Source: an uncultured archaeon (GTDB taxonomy: Archaea > Thermoproteota > Nitrososphaeria_A > Caldarchaeales > Wolframiiraptoraceae). From it: a stretch of 64,000 bases of DNA. Shown here piece after piece: positions 27,815 to 37,455 of this stretch. The DNA lies in the NCBI GenBank assembly GCA_937974645.1, contig CALJVH010000010.1, positions 65,771 through 129,770 of the forward strand, written 5' to 3'. The first letter of the stretch is position 1; every line of letters starts with the position of its first letter. Both the position numbers and the translations under genes were made by a program. The notes beneath the pieces were generated by a model. It made no database searches. It had not been told where the DNA came from and saw only the letters and a list, made by a program, of their open reading frames with translations.

Positions 27815-28266
27815 GAGGCCACACCTTCGATCTCCTTGGGCTTGACGAGCCTTCCACCGGCCTCCTTTATCACCTTCTCAGCGCGCTCAGTCCAGCTATC
27901 CACGATCACCATGATCCTTCTATCCACATTTCCTCCTCCGATAAGCTTGCCGATCCCGAGAGCGGATAGATCAATGACCGGCATCCCCTCAATGAGCTTG
28001 AGCTCACCCCTTCGCTCCAAGCTCTCCACGAGCGCCGAGAGCTGGATCAGGTTCATCGATCTGACTTCGCGCTTATTCGGCCTATAGAAGCCGTGCTTAC
28101 CGAAGTAGTCCGGGTCGTATTTGAGAACCCAAGTCCACTTATGCTTGTGCATCCCGGCGTGCCCGCGCCCACCCTTTGCGCCCGTCTTTCTATGCTGGCC
28201 TATCTGGCCCCAGCCGCATGTCCTGCTTCCCCTGCGCTTCCTACTCTTTCGATGCCGCGTCCCCAT
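27811..28266 (-). CDS. rpl15: Ribosomal protein uL15
   Basis: RKSRKRRGSRTCGWGQIGQHRKTGAKGGRG N-terminus. Confidence 0.95.
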   Translation of the reverse strand: MGTRHRKSRKRRGSRTCGWGQIGQHRKTGAKGGRGHAGMHKHKWTWVLKYDPDYFGKHGFYRPNKREVRSMNLIQLSALVESLERRGELKLIEGMPVIDLSALGIGKLIGGGNVDRRIMVIVDSWTERAEKVIKEAGGRLVKPKEIEGVAS

Positions 28267-28339
28267 GTCTTTCGTACACCTCTTCGTTGAGTGTTTCCAG
28301 AGACAGCCGGCTTCCTGCCTTTAATATAGTTTTCAGCGG

Positions 28340-28828
28340 CTATACCCCGGCCATCTTAGTGAAGAGCTCATTTATCTTCTTGCCGCGATAGCCGTACTCT
28401 CCGCCAGCGGAGACATGTTTCTTGATCGTCTTCTTGAAGCCTCCCCTTGGCGGGTGGAGTCTCACATACGGCTTTATCCCCTTCTCCTTTAATGAGCTCA
28501 GGGTTATCTCGGCTGTGTAGAGCTTTCTTGCTAGGTCATCAAGGGACTCGAAACCAAGCTTCCTCGCGCATTCATTGTCCAACCTTCCGTCGCCCATTAT
28601 CTCCACCTTCTTGAGAAATGTCTTGATAGTCTTGAGGTTTGGCTCACCCCAGGTTATCATGTGCTCAACATTCTTCAGCATCCCTTCATAGCTCGGGGTT
28701 TTCGGAACTATTGTTGCCCAATTCGCTCTCCTGAGATTGAGCATCCTCAGCGTGTCGAGATGTTCTCCCTTCGCCTTGACGCTCCCCTTGACCCTTATCA
28801 CGAGATAGGAGTTGGCCTCCTCCGCCAA
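28340..28828 (-). CDS. rpl30: Ribosomal protein uL30
   Basis: YLVIRVKGSVKAKGEHLDTLRMLNLRR, and operon position. Confidence 0.9.
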   Translation of the reverse strand: MAEEANSYLVIRVKGSVKAKGEHLDTLRMLNLRRANWATIVPKTPSYEGMLKNVEHMITWGEPNLKTIKTFLKKVEIMGDGRLDNECARKLGFESLDDLARKLYTAEITLSSLKEKGIKPYVRLHPPRGGFKKTIKKHVSAGGEYGYRGKKINELFTKMAGV

Positions 28829-28834
28829 GGTCCA

Positions 28835-29449
28835 TCACCACATGCTCGGGAGAACTATCTTGTTCGTGTTCCTGAGGGCCTCGATGGCCGCTCCGGCGAA
28901 TGAAAGGGTTGTCCTAGTCTCGCCGTACGTTCTTGTCCAGACATCCTCCACGCCCGCGAGCTCGAGCACGATTCTGGCGGCCTCGCCAGCGACTATGCCC
29001 AGGCCCCTCGGCCCTGGCACGAGTTCGATCCTCACGCTACCGCGCTTGCCCTCGACCTTTGTCAAGAGACTATGCGGCTGGCCGCACGCGCACTCCCAGC
29101 TCCCACAGCCCCTCCTAACGGGAATCATGTTCATCTTCGCGTTTCTCACAGCCTTCTCTATCGCTGAGACGACGTGGACCGCCTTGCCCGTCCCCAGCCC
29201 AACATAGCCGTCTCTATTACCCACTATCACTATCGCTCTGAACCTCGATCGCTCTCCTGCAGCAGTCTGCTTCTGGACAAGGTTTATGTCTAAGACCTCC
29301 TGCTCTAGGTTCGGCAATAGGTAGTCCACGATTTCCGGCTCCGTGATCCTAAAGTTTTGCGCAAACAGCTCGGCTATCGAGGTTACTTTGCCTTCCCTGA
29401 CCATCTTTCCAGTCTTTGTTCTTGGAATCCATTCCTCGGAAGAAATCAT
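28835..29449 (-). CDS. rps5: Ribosomal protein uS5
   Basis: Conserved S5 dsRBD and C-terminal domains ([22 protein letters not shown]). Operon position. Confidence 0.95.
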   Translation of the reverse strand: MISSEEWIPRTKTGKMVREGKVTSIAELFAQNFRITEPEIVDYLLPNLEQEVLDINLVQKQTAAGERSRFRAIVIVGNRDGYVGLGTGKAVHVVSAIEKAVRNAKMNMIPVRRGCGSWECACGQPHSLLTKVEGKRGSVRIELVPGPRGLGIVAGEAARIVLELAGVEDVWTRTYGETRTTLSFAGAAIEALRNTNKIVLPSMW

Positions 29450-30021
29450 TTTCCACTCAACTCCGCTATGATTTTATTTTTAACCTCTTCAAAGTGCTTC
29501 TCCAAGTTCACGTAAACGGACTCATCGCTCTTTGAGAATTGGATAGTCTGCGAGCCCGATTCGCGGATTGTCTTATAGTACCCGGATACGTGTTTTCCAA
29601 GGATTCTATCCTCGTCAGGAAGTATCTCCTCTTCGAGAGATATCCCGATCCCAGCGTCCTTGAAGCCGAGCGCGGCCGCGAAGATCCTTGACCCTCTGCT
29701 GGGCGTCTGGAGCCCTATGTCCAGGATTGCCTTCTTGACCTTGTCTTTGACTAGGAGCCCTGCTAGCAATCCGGTTAAGTAGGCTGCTGGTGTGTTCTTT
29801 AGGCTTGCCTTCCAACCATATTCTCTCAGCTTCTTCGATGTGACCGTTAGGAGAGTCTCATCGCCGCCCAGCTTCGATCTGACTACTTGCACTATTATCT
29901 GTTTATTGGTCTTCCTGACTACGAGCCTTGGTAGGCCCGATTTTACAAACTTGAGCCTCTTTCGATAGTCCGTAAGGCCGAGCCTTCTCCGCTTAGGCGG
30001 CATCCGCTTGAGTAAGCTCAT
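29446..30021 (-). CDS. rpl18: Ribosomal protein uL18
   Basis: [37 protein letters not shown]. Confidence 0.95.
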   Translation of the reverse strand: MSLLKRMPPKRRRLGLTDYRKRLKFVKSGLPRLVVRKTNKQIIVQVVRSKLGGDETLLTVTSKKLREYGWKASLKNTPAAYLTGLLAGLLVKDKVKKAILDIGLQTPSRGSRIFAAALGFKDAGIGISLEEEILPDEDRILGKHVSGYYKTIRESGSQTIQFSKSDESVYVNLEKHFEEVKNKIIAELSGK

Positions 30022-30473
30022 AACAGCGGCCTCCTGATCAGGTTGTTCTGCGCGAGGTATTCTATCATGGCTGCAACCGACTTGAATGCTCCAGCCTTAA
30101 CCATCATGTAGACCTTCCTGTAGGTCGTCTTCGTTATTAGGCCTCGATCCCTCAGCTCCTTGAGCCTCCTCCTCTGAGCCCTTACCTTCATCATCCATTG
30201 CTCCTTCTTTGAGATCCTGCTATACTTTCCACCCTCCCTGCTCCCGGAGCCCCTGCTCTTCCTCCTGCTCTTCCTAGCTCTCACTCGCGCCCGGCTTACA
30301 CCCTTCTCCTGCTCCTTCCAGATGACGCCATCCTTTATCAGGCGCCTAACATCTTCCCGCGTTATTGCCTCGGAAACCTCCTCAAGCTTCTCCGGGTCAA
30401 ACTTGACTCTATGGATGCCGCATTCTAGGAGGTCAGCGGCCAATCTTTTCTGAAGAGTGAGCTTAAGACCCAA
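30018..30473 (-). CDS. rpl19e: Ribosomal protein eL19
   Basis: LTLQKRLAADLLECGIHRVKFDP and a basic middle region. Confidence 0.95.
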   Translation of the reverse strand: MGLKLTLQKRLAADLLECGIHRVKFDPEKLEEVSEAITREDVRRLIKDGVIWKEQEKGVSRARVRARKSRRKSRGSGSREGGKYSRISKKEQWMMKVRAQRRRLKELRDRGLITKTTYRKVYMMVKAGAFKSVAAMIEYLAQNNLIRRPLL

Positions 30474-30921
30474 CCTCCTTCACCTCATCCGAGATCTCTT
30501 CTTCCTCAGGCTTGACGACCTCGACCTTCTCGACCTCCTCCATGATCCTTGGTGGATTAAGGATCTTCAGCCCGAGCCTCTTCGCCTCCTCCATTATCAG
30601 CAACCTCTTCCTCATTCCAACAGAGCTAGCTATCCTAACCGCGTGAGCCTCGGGATTAAGCCCCTGAAGGTCCTCAGGCCTGCGAACTAAAACTTCTTCA
30701 TAGCCGCTAGGATGAAGACCCCTATACTGTCTTGGGGTTCTATATCCGATCTTGACAAGCGAGGGCCACCCCCTAAGCTGGAGCCTCATCTTACTATCTT
30801 TTCCTCTCGGCCTTCTCCAACTCGGCTTAAGCCTTATATATCTCCAGCTCTCCTGCCTAATGAATGCCGGCCTTTTGAGCCTCAATTCTCTAACCCACTT
30901 CGGTATTTTTATCGGGCTCAT
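30463..30921 (-). CDS. rpl32e: Ribosomal protein eL32 (with an acidic C-terminal extension)
   Basis: FIRQESWRYIRLKPSWRRPRGKDSKMR. Confidence 0.9.
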   Translation of the reverse strand: MSPIKIPKWVRELRLKRPAFIRQESWRYIRLKPSWRRPRGKDSKMRLQLRGWPSLVKIGYRTPRQYRGLHPSGYEEVLVRRPEDLQGLNPEAHAVRIASSVGMRKRLLIMEEAKRLGLKILNPPRIMEEVEKVEVVKPEEEEISDEVKEVGS

Positions 30922-31473
30922 CTACTCCATCCCCACCCTCTTCTCGTAAATGTATATGCCGTCCAAGAATTTTCGGGGATCCTTTTTCTTCACCTTCGCT
31001 GCCTGCTCTATATTTGCCGCCGTTTGGCCTACAGCCTCCTTATCCACTCCTTTCACTATCACATCCTCTCCCCTGACCTCGACCCTCGTCCCCTCGCCAA
31101 TTATTTTCGCTATTTTCGGAGCCCTTTCACCGATGAAATTCTCGATGTAAACCGTATCGCCCTGAACCCTAACAGTTATGGGGAAGTGTGAGGCGACGAT
31201 CTTCATCTTGTAGGTGAAACCCCTGGTGACGCCTATGATCATATTCCTGATTATGGATCTTACGGTGCCCATGAGCGCCTCCGCCCGCCTCCCCCTCCCC
31301 ACGAGCTTCGCAAGAATCTTGTTCGATGCAAGCTCAAGTTTCACATTAGTGTGAGAGAGATCTTTTATGATTTGACCAAGCCTCCCCTTCACCCTAATCT
31401 TGCTAGAGTCCTCAATCTCGACCTCAACGCCTTCCGGAATCTCAACCTCCACGACATGCTCATGTGAGGGCAT
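30922..31473 (-). CDS. rpl6: Ribosomal protein uL6
   Basis: Two L6 repeats (VKGRLG..., VRGEDVIVKGVDKEAVGQTAANIE). ATG 31473 is preferred because GGTGA lies 8 nt upstream. The ORF track extends to GTG 31506. Confidence 0.9.
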   Translation of the reverse strand: MPSHEHVVEVEIPEGVEVEIEDSSKIRVKGRLGQIIKDLSHTNVKLELASNKILAKLVGRGRRAEALMGTVRSIIRNMIIGVTRGFTYKMKIVASHFPITVRVQGDTVYIENFIGERAPKIAKIIGEGTRVEVRGEDVIVKGVDKEAVGQTAANIEQAAKVKKKDPRKFLDGIYIYEKRVGME

Positions 31474-31553
31474 AGTCCCTGATTCACCCGCCGCAAGCAT
31501 TACCACTTGACCTCGACTTTTTAGCGATCTGATTCCACCCGCTGCTATATGAC

Positions 31554-31564
31554 TATTTAAAAAT
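31554..31564 (-). promoter_or_regulatory. Putative internal TATA element between rps8 and rpl6
   Basis: The minus strand reads tttttaaatag inside an unusually long (132-nt) S8-L6 spacer. Confidence 0.3.
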
Positions 31565-31638
31565 TCCGGACGCGACCAAAATCGAGAAATATGCTGAATT
31601 GATAATCGCGGTATTAAGCTCTAGAGAGGCTGAGAGGT

Positions 31639-32025
31639 CTAATAGACGTATCCTAGGAGCTTTCCTCCCAGCTCTTTCTCCTTCGCTTCTCTATGAGACA
31701 TAACGCCTTGGCTCGTGGTGACTATTAGTATTCCGATATCCTTGCTGGGTAGAAACTGTCGCTCCCACTTTTCGTATTCATCTTTTTTCACGCTAAATCT
31801 AGGTCTGACCGGAGCAGCCCTATTTATTCTTCCGAGAAGCTGAATCCTGAACTTTCCTCCTCTTCCATCCTCGATATACTCTATTGCTCCAATATAGCCA
31901 TGTCTCTGGAGAGCCTTAAGTATCTCACCTATCAGCTTGGAGGCGTAGTAGATGCACTCCCCGTTTCTGACCATCTCATTATTCTGGAGGGTCGTGAAGA
32001 GACCTGAAACTAAGTCCTTGCTCAT
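31639..32025 (-). CDS. rps8: Ribosomal protein uS8
   Basis: 128 aa (LQRHGYIGAIEYIEDGRGGKFRIQL). Operon position. Confidence 0.95.
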   Translation of the reverse strand: MSKDLVSGLFTTLQNNEMVRNGECIYYASKLIGEILKALQRHGYIGAIEYIEDGRGGKFRIQLLGRINRAAPVRPRFSVKKDEYEKWERQFLPSKDIGILIVTTSQGVMSHREAKEKELGGKLLGYVY

Positions 32026-32084
32026 CTTCCCAGTCAGGCGGGTTGGGTTAATCTGCTAATAAGTGTTTTCACAAGGAGACACAA

Positions 32085-32249
32085 CTACTCATATACCCTG
32101 AATCCTAAAAGAGGGGCGACCTCATTAATGCATCTTCTGCAGAGGTAGAGCTTATATTTCCTGATGACACCATCTGTGGTCCCACATCTCCTACACTTGA
32201 CCACGCCTTTTCCAAATCTCCTCTCCTTCGGCGGCTTATACTTTGCCAT
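32085..32249 (-). CDS. rps14: Ribosomal protein uS14 (zinc type), 54 aa, below the ORF-track cutoff
   Basis: Hand translation: MAKYKPPKERRFGKGVVKCRRCGTTDGVIRKYKLYLCRRCINEVAPLLGFRVYE. Confidence 0.9.
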   Translation of the reverse strand: MAKYKPPKERRFGKGVVKCRRCGTTDGVIRKYKLYLCRRCINEVAPLLGFRVYE

Positions 32250-32291
32250 TCCCCATTTCAGCCGGCACCCCTTCGCGGCATAATTTTAAGA

Positions 32292-32849
32292 TTATTCTTC
32301 GATCATCCTCACACCAAAATCGCTCTTCATGAACTCTATGGCCTCTTCCCTTGTCACTCTATGGCTTCGGGGTATGCTTCTTTTAGCCCTTCTCCTGAGA
32401 GCGACTCTTAATCCCGGCCTGGATAGATGGACACATACATCCATGCCAATTATCCCAAGCTCGGGGTCATATTTGGTGCCCGGGATATCCAAGTGCTCCT
32501 TTATGCCGAAGGAGAAGTTGCCTTGCTCGTCGAAGTTGGAGACCTTCAAGGTGTTATTCACGGCTTGGAGGACCTTCTTGAGAAACTCGACCGCCCGCCG
32601 CTTCCTGAGGGTTACTCTAACAGCTATAGGCTGCCCCTTGTATATCCCGAACCCCTTGATCGTTTTCTTCGCCTTCCGGAGCTCCGGCTTCTGGCCCGTC
32701 AGCATCTCGACGATCTTAGCAGCCCTCTCGAGCCTCGGAGCGCCCGACCCTATGCAGGAGTTCACGACCACCTTCTCTACCCTGATCCTCCTCATCGGGT
32801 TCTCCTCTTTCCTCGCAAATCTCGCCTCGATTATGGTAGCTTGATCCAT
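32292..32849 (-). CDS. rpl5: Ribosomal protein uL5
   Basis: NPMRRIRVEKVVVNSCIG...; operon position. Confidence 0.95.
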   Translation of the reverse strand: MDQATIIEARFARKEENPMRRIRVEKVVVNSCIGSGAPRLERAAKIVEMLTGQKPELRKAKKTIKGFGIYKGQPIAVRVTLRKRRAVEFLKKVLQAVNNTLKVSNFDEQGNFSFGIKEHLDIPGTKYDPELGIIGMDVCVHLSRPGLRVALRRRAKRSIPRSHRVTREEAIEFMKSDFGVRMIEE

Positions 32850-33550
32850 GGCTCCTCCTCCCCGATAACCATCACATAGTCGAGCAACGAACTTACCTCG
32901 TCTGTGCCCGATTTTAGCTTTATGAGAGGCTTGGCTGGGTAGGTTACATCCCGCCTGATCTCGATTATCTCGCCATGTAATCCCTGCTTCGGCCCCTTGA
33001 TCAATAACCCGTACTTGCCCTCCTCGAGCCTCAGGTAGCCTAGGATGACCTGGCTCGGTATCGTGATCTTCAGCGTATCCTTGGTACTGTACTGCCTAAT
33101 ATCGTCAGTCACTTCCTTGAACCTTATGTTTCTGCCATCGTGGAGGGTTATCTGGAGGTGGCCTCCGGGGACATGCATCTTCTTGATTATCTTCCCGAGC
33201 TTGAGGCCCGATTCTTCTCGAGGTATCTCGATGAGGTCTAGGCCGCGCCGGTAAACAGGCAGCACCCTGTAGTTTTCCCCGGTCTCGGGTACCGAGATGA
33301 CATCCATGAGGCCTACCGGGAACTTGTAGTCTTTTACGGGTTTTCCGTCCACGAGGATCTTGCCCGCGCTTATTATTTTCCTGGCCTCCTCAGCCCTCTC
33401 CGCATATTTCAGGTAATCCCTGACTATTAGGAGAAGTGGTATGCACTCGTATTTCGGGTGCGGGCCTGGGGATGGGCAGACCGTGAAAATGGCCTCCTTA
33501 GCCGAGATCCTGAGATGTGGTGGGGCCGCGAGCCGCTTAAGATGACCCAT
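32831..33550 (-). CDS. rps4e: Ribosomal protein eS4
   Basis: MGHLKRLAAPPHLRI... and a KOW-containing C-terminus. Confidence 0.95.
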   Translation of the reverse strand: MGHLKRLAAPPHLRISAKEAIFTVCPSPGPHPKYECIPLLLIVRDYLKYAERAEEARKIISAGKILVDGKPVKDYKFPVGLMDVISVPETGENYRVLPVYRRGLDLIEIPREESGLKLGKIIKKMHVPGGHLQITLHDGRNIRFKEVTDDIRQYSTKDTLKITIPSQVILGYLRLEEGKYGLLIKGPKQGLHGEIIEIRRDVTYPAKPLIKLKSGTDEVSSLLDYVMVIGEEEPWIKLP

Positions 33551-33556
33551 TAGGCT

Positions 33557-33925
33557 TCAACCCCCCTTCCCTCTAACTAACGCCTTTTTACGGTGCTCGT
33601 CATCGAGGCTCAGCTCCGTTATCATCACGTTCGATACATGTATGGGTCTTTGAACCGTAGTTCCATCAGCTTTCTTGATCGTTACATTCTCGACGCTGAT
33701 CATTTGCCTTTTCCTGTCGACTCCCGTCACCTTTCCCTCAACACCCTTGAACTCGCCCTTCACTACCTTCACCTTATCCCCGACCCTTATCGGGAAGGAT
33801 CTCCGATTATACTTCTCCCTGAGCTCGGGGGAGAGGTAGGCTGACATGAGCTTTGAGAGCCTATGCATCGGCGCATTGAAGAGCATCTTCCGCTGCTTTC
33901 TCGGCTGATATGAGCTCCTAGCCAT
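33557..33925 (-). CDS. rpl24: Ribosomal protein uL24
   Basis: KOW motif [22 protein letters not shown]. Confidence 0.95.
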   Translation of the reverse strand: MARSSYQPRKQRKMLFNAPMHRLSKLMSAYLSPELREKYNRRSFPIRVGDKVKVVKGEFKGVEGKVTGVDRKRQMISVENVTIKKADGTTVQRPIHVSNVMITELSLDDEHRKKALVRGKGG

Positions 33926-34014
33926 ATGCGATCACCCGATGCTGTGCGCGCTCGTAATTCTTCAAGGTCTTGACGCCTGCTGCTGCTCCATCTATTTAAG
34001 GTATCTGGGAGGGC

Positions 34015-34170
34015 TTAGATTGCCTGCTGCGGACCGATAGCTATAACCCTCTTCTCGAAGTTGAAGCGATTCCTGATTCTTGGCACCGGACTTCTCTTAG
34101 GCTTAGCTTCTATCTTCGGCGTCTGGGACCTGACTTTACCGGCCTTCGTGATTGAACCGTGGCTTGGCAT
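34015..34170 (-). CDS. rps30e: Ribosomal protein eS30, 51 aa, below the ORF-track cutoff
   Basis: Hand translation: [64 protein letters not shown] is the S30e signature. Confidence 0.8.
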   Translation of the reverse strand: MPSHGSITKAGKVRSQTPKIEAKPKRSPVPRIRNRFNFEKRVIAIGPQQAI

Positions 34171-34196
34171 GCCTGATGAACTGCCGGTCTCCCCAA

Positions 34197-34205
34197 CATT
34201 TAAAG
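34197..34205 (-). promoter_or_regulatory. Putative TATA element about 31 nt upstream of the rps30e ATG (short or no leader)
   Basis: The minus strand reads ctttaaatg. Confidence 0.35.
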
Positions 34206-34263
34206 TTTAATCTCCAGACAGTGCCCATGTCTGCTACATTAATGATCGGCGAGCGGTTTACGG

Positions 34264-34767
34264 CTACTCAAATGTATCATAGCGAACTAGTTCCTCAAGG
34301 CCCTTTTTCGGCCTTGGAGCAGGCTTCTCCGCCGGGTATCCGAGGGTTATCATGGCCACGACTTTCATGTGCTCCGGTATTCTGAGTGTCCGCTTTACCT
34401 CCTCCTCGACGAAGTGGCCTATCCAGCATGTTCCAAGTCCGAGAGCTTCGGCCGCCATCACCATGTTTTGGAGAGCTATCGCGACATCCACGACAGCCCA
34501 CTTCGCCCGCGAGTCGCCGCACCCTACAATCACGACCGGAGCCTCCTGAATGAACCTATTCCATTCTGAGAAAACCAGCCTTTTCTTCAGCTCCGGATCT
34601 CGGACGACTATGAAGCAGTAGGGCTGAAGGTTCCGCGCGCTGGGCGCCTGTCTCCCGGCCTCAAGAATCACTCGGAGAGCTTCATCCGGTATCGACCTAC
34701 TCTCATACCTCCTTATGCTTCTCCGGTTATAGATTATACTCAAAAACTCTTGGAAACCCATGGCCAT
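34264..34767 (-). CDS. Nitroreductase-family flavoprotein
   Basis: RRSIRRYESRSIPDEALRVILEAGRQAPSARNLQPYCFIVV. Confidence 0.85.
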   Translation of the reverse strand: MAMGFQEFLSIIYNRRSIRRYESRSIPDEALRVILEAGRQAPSARNLQPYCFIVVRDPELKKRLVFSEWNRFIQEAPVVIVGCGDSRAKWAVVDVAIALQNMVMAAEALGLGTCWIGHFVEEEVKRTLRIPEHMKVVAMITLGYPAEKPAPRPKKGLEELVRYDTFE

Positions 34768-34912
34768 CGCATTAAATCATTTTAAGTTCTTCTGATTAAG
34801 ATTACTCACAGCCTTGAGATGCTAGAATCGATGGGTGAATTATAGGGCTACCCTTTGGTCTTTTGGGAGCAGCGAAACTCTAATTAGATTAGTATGCGCC
34901 GGAATAGCGGTT

Positions 34913-36106
34913 ATGAACGTGAAGTCGGCGGTCGTGATCGCCAGCCCTCTCGCCGTAGTCGGCTTATCGGATGAGGGAATATTGGTTATGAGATTGTATC
35001 CGAAGGATCTAAGGGCTGAGGTTTTCCTGAGGGTGAGGAGGGGGGAGCTGGTAGGTGAGGTTAAGGAGGTTATCTCCGAACTCGCTTCAAATGGTTTCAG
35101 GAGAATCTTAGTTTCTCCTTCCAGTCTTCTAGCAGCTCTTGCCAAGGAGTTCAAGGATCTCGAGTTCGGCGAGCTTGATAGGCCCGTGGATCTTGAGAGC
35201 ATGTTCATCAAGAGTGGGTTAATGGCCAGCGTTGAGGAGTATCGGAGGGAAGTTAAGAGCGTTCTCGATAAGTTAGTTGAGGAGGAGCTGAAGGAAGCTG
35301 TAGCACGGAGGGATATGATGATCGTCCACGCGATCCACGTGCTGGAGGACTTGGATAAGCAGATCAACATGCTGTACACCAGGTGCAGGGAGTGGTACGG
35401 CCTCCACTTCCCTGAGCTCGCCGAGATCGTAGATGATCTAGAGGATTATATGAGAATTATTGCCGAGATCGGGGCGAGGAGAAGCCTCGATGAGGAGAAG
35501 CTTAGTAGGATAGTTGGCTCGAAGCTTGCCGCCGAGATAATGGAGAGGGCCAGGAGCTCGGTTGGAACGGACTTGAGCCTGGAGGATGAGGAGATGGTGA
35601 AGGATGTTGCGAGAGAGGGGCTGAGGCTGATCCAGCTTAGAAAGGAGCAGGAGAGGTATATCGAGGAGCTCATGTCCGCTGAGGCCCCGAACCTCTCCGC
35701 GGTCGCGGGCCCGATACTGGGCGCGAAGCTTATCTCGATGGCAGGCGGGCTCGAGAAGATCGCAAGGCTTCCTGCTAGCACAATTCAGGTTCTCGGCGCC
35801 GAGAAAGCCCTCTTCAGGTTCTTCAGAACCGGGAGGGGCGCGCCTAAGCACGGCATAATTTTCCAGAGCCCCCTGCTCCACGGCTCGCCGAAGCATCTTA
35901 GGGGGAAGATTGCCAGAGCCCTCGCGGCCACAATAGCGATCGCAGCAAAGATTGACTACTTCACTAGGGAGGATAGGGGCGCGGAGCTCCGGGAGAAGCT
36001 TGAGAAAAGGCTGGAGGAAGTCAGGAAGAAGTATAAGGTGCCGCCGGTAAAGAAACCCACCCCTATGGAGAAGCCGGGAAGACCCAAAAAGCGAGGGAGG
36101 AGGTAG
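34913..36106 (+). CDS. nop5: Nop56/58 (Nop5) C/D box snoRNP core protein
   Basis: Coiled-coil plus NOSIC/Nop domain (REWYGLHFPEL...AGGLEKIARLPASTIQVLGAEKALFR...GAPKHGIIFQ) and a basic KKPGRPKKRGRR tail. ATG 34913 is preferred over the upstream GTG at 34835. Confidence 0.9.
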   Translation: MNVKSAVVIASPLAVVGLSDEGILVMRLYPKDLRAEVFLRVRRGELVGEVKEVISELASNGFRRILVSPSSLLAALAKEFKDLEFGELDRPVDLESMFIKSGLMASVEEYRREVKSVLDKLVEEELKEAVARRDMMIVHAIHVLEDLDKQINMLYTRCREWYGLHFPELAEIVDDLEDYMRIIAEIGARRSLDEEKLSRIVGSKLAAEIMERARSSVGTDLSLEDEEMVKDVAREGLRLIQLRKEQERYIEELMSAEAPNLSAVAGPILGAKLISMAGGLEKIARLPASTIQVLGAEKALFRFFRTGRGAPKHGIIFQSPLLHGSPKHLRGKIARALAATIAIAAKIDYFTREDRGAELREKLEKRLEEVRKKYKVPPVKKPTPMEKPGRPKKRGRR

Positions 36107-36513
36107 CCTTATTCAGTTCTGAGTTGTAAGTTTTTCGGCTTATGGCTCTTGGGTTTCTTCTGGTTTGTGAGGGCCCTTCATCGGTATTCTGCGTTGCGGG
36201 GGCTATCTGTGTAGGGTAGGTTTCCTAATTTAGAGGGAGGGGAGATGGTTGGGTGTTTGCTTGGGTGCTTATCGGCTTCAGCAGCCTCTCGGCCTTCATA
36301 TTTCGAGTGATTGCGGGCTTGGATCTATCCTCCTCGCCGTCGAATAGGTGTTTATCGCCGCCGGGATGTGCCTGTTCGTCTCCAGGCTGGATCCATCATT
36401 AGAGACGATCCAGCTAGCTGGCATATAAGGGAGGAAGGGTTGGGGCGAAAATGAACTTGGAGCTTTACTCAAAAACATGTTTAGGATGAGATATATTAAC
36501 CAGCTGGATCGAG

Positions 36514-37455
36514 ATGAGGATGATCATCGAGTCTCTCCGGGGAAGAGATCTCCTAACGCTTCAAGATTTGGTACCTGACGAGATAATGGGGCTTATCAGG
36601 CTCTCAGCTGAGCTTAAACGTGACAAAAAACTTTTCTCCGGTAGGCTCTCGGGCAAGATCATTGCCATGATCTTCGAGAAGCCATCAACCAGAACTAGGA
36701 TCTCGCTCGACGTAGCGGTGAGCGAGCTTGGCGGAAAGCCGATCTACCTCAGATCTGACGAACTACAGCTTGGTAGGGGAGAGACCATAGCTGATACGGC
36801 CAGAGTACTCTCAAGATACGTGGATCTCATAACCGCCCGAGTTAAGAGACACTTGGATCTCCTAGAGCTGGCCAGATGGACCGATAAGCCTGTCGTAAAC
36901 GCTTTATCCGATCTAGATCATCCGCTTCAAACCCTAGCCGATCTACTCACGATCTGGGAAAGATTCGGGAGGATTAAGGGGATTAAGATCGCTTGGATCG
37001 GTGATGGCAATAATGTCTGTAACTCGACCTTGATAGGCGCGACTAAGCTCGGCGCCCATATTTCCATAGCATGTCCCAAGGGCTATGAGCCGGATAAGAG
37101 GTACCTCGAGTGGGCCGAGGAGAACTCAATGGCAAGTGGATCTAAGATAGAGGTTACGTATGATCCGGAGGAGGCTGTGAAAGATGCGGATGTGGTAATG
37201 ACGGATACATTCGTGAGCATGGGAATGGAGGCTGAGAGGGAAAATAGACTGCGAGATTTCCTACCGAGATACCAAGTTACTGGAAGGCTCATGAGGCTCG
37301 CGAAACCCGATGCAATCTTTATGCATCCTCTTCCGGCCAAGAGAGGTGAGGAGGTATCGCCTGAAGTAATAGATGGTGAGCGATCGGTTGTCTGGGATCA
37401 GGCCGAGAACAGGCTTCACACGGCGAAGGCTGTTTTACTCTCAATCCTTAGATGA
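36514..37455 (+). CDS. argF: Ornithine carbamoyltransferase-like transcarbamylase
   Basis: STRTRISL, QLGRGETIADTARVLSRY, DHPLQTLADL, GDGNNVCNS, VSMG and DQAENRLHTAKA. It has HPLP where OTCs normally have HCLP (see findings). Confidence 0.75.
   Translation: MRMIIESLRGRDLLTLQDLVPDEIMGLIRLSAELKRDKKLFSGRLSGKIIAMIFEKPSTRTRISLDVAVSELGGKPIYLRSDELQLGRGETIADTARVLSRYVDLITARVKRHLDLLELARWTDKPVVNALSDLDHPLQTLADLLTIWERFGRIKGIKIAWIGDGNNVCNSTLIGATKLGAHISIACPKGYEPDKRYLEWAEENSMASGSKIEVTYDPEEAVKDADVVMTDTFVSMGMEAERENRLRDFLPRYQVTGRLMRLAKPDAIFMHPLPAKRGEEVSPEVIDGERSVVWDQAENRLHTAKAVLLSILR

Noticed and set aside
36107-36513. Possible decayed fibrillarin gene downstream of nop5.
   Set aside because: Translations of the frames I checked show none of the fibrillarin hallmarks (for example VLYLGAASGTT or DVAQP), unlike the clearly recognisable Mrp relic at 19.4-20.4 kb.
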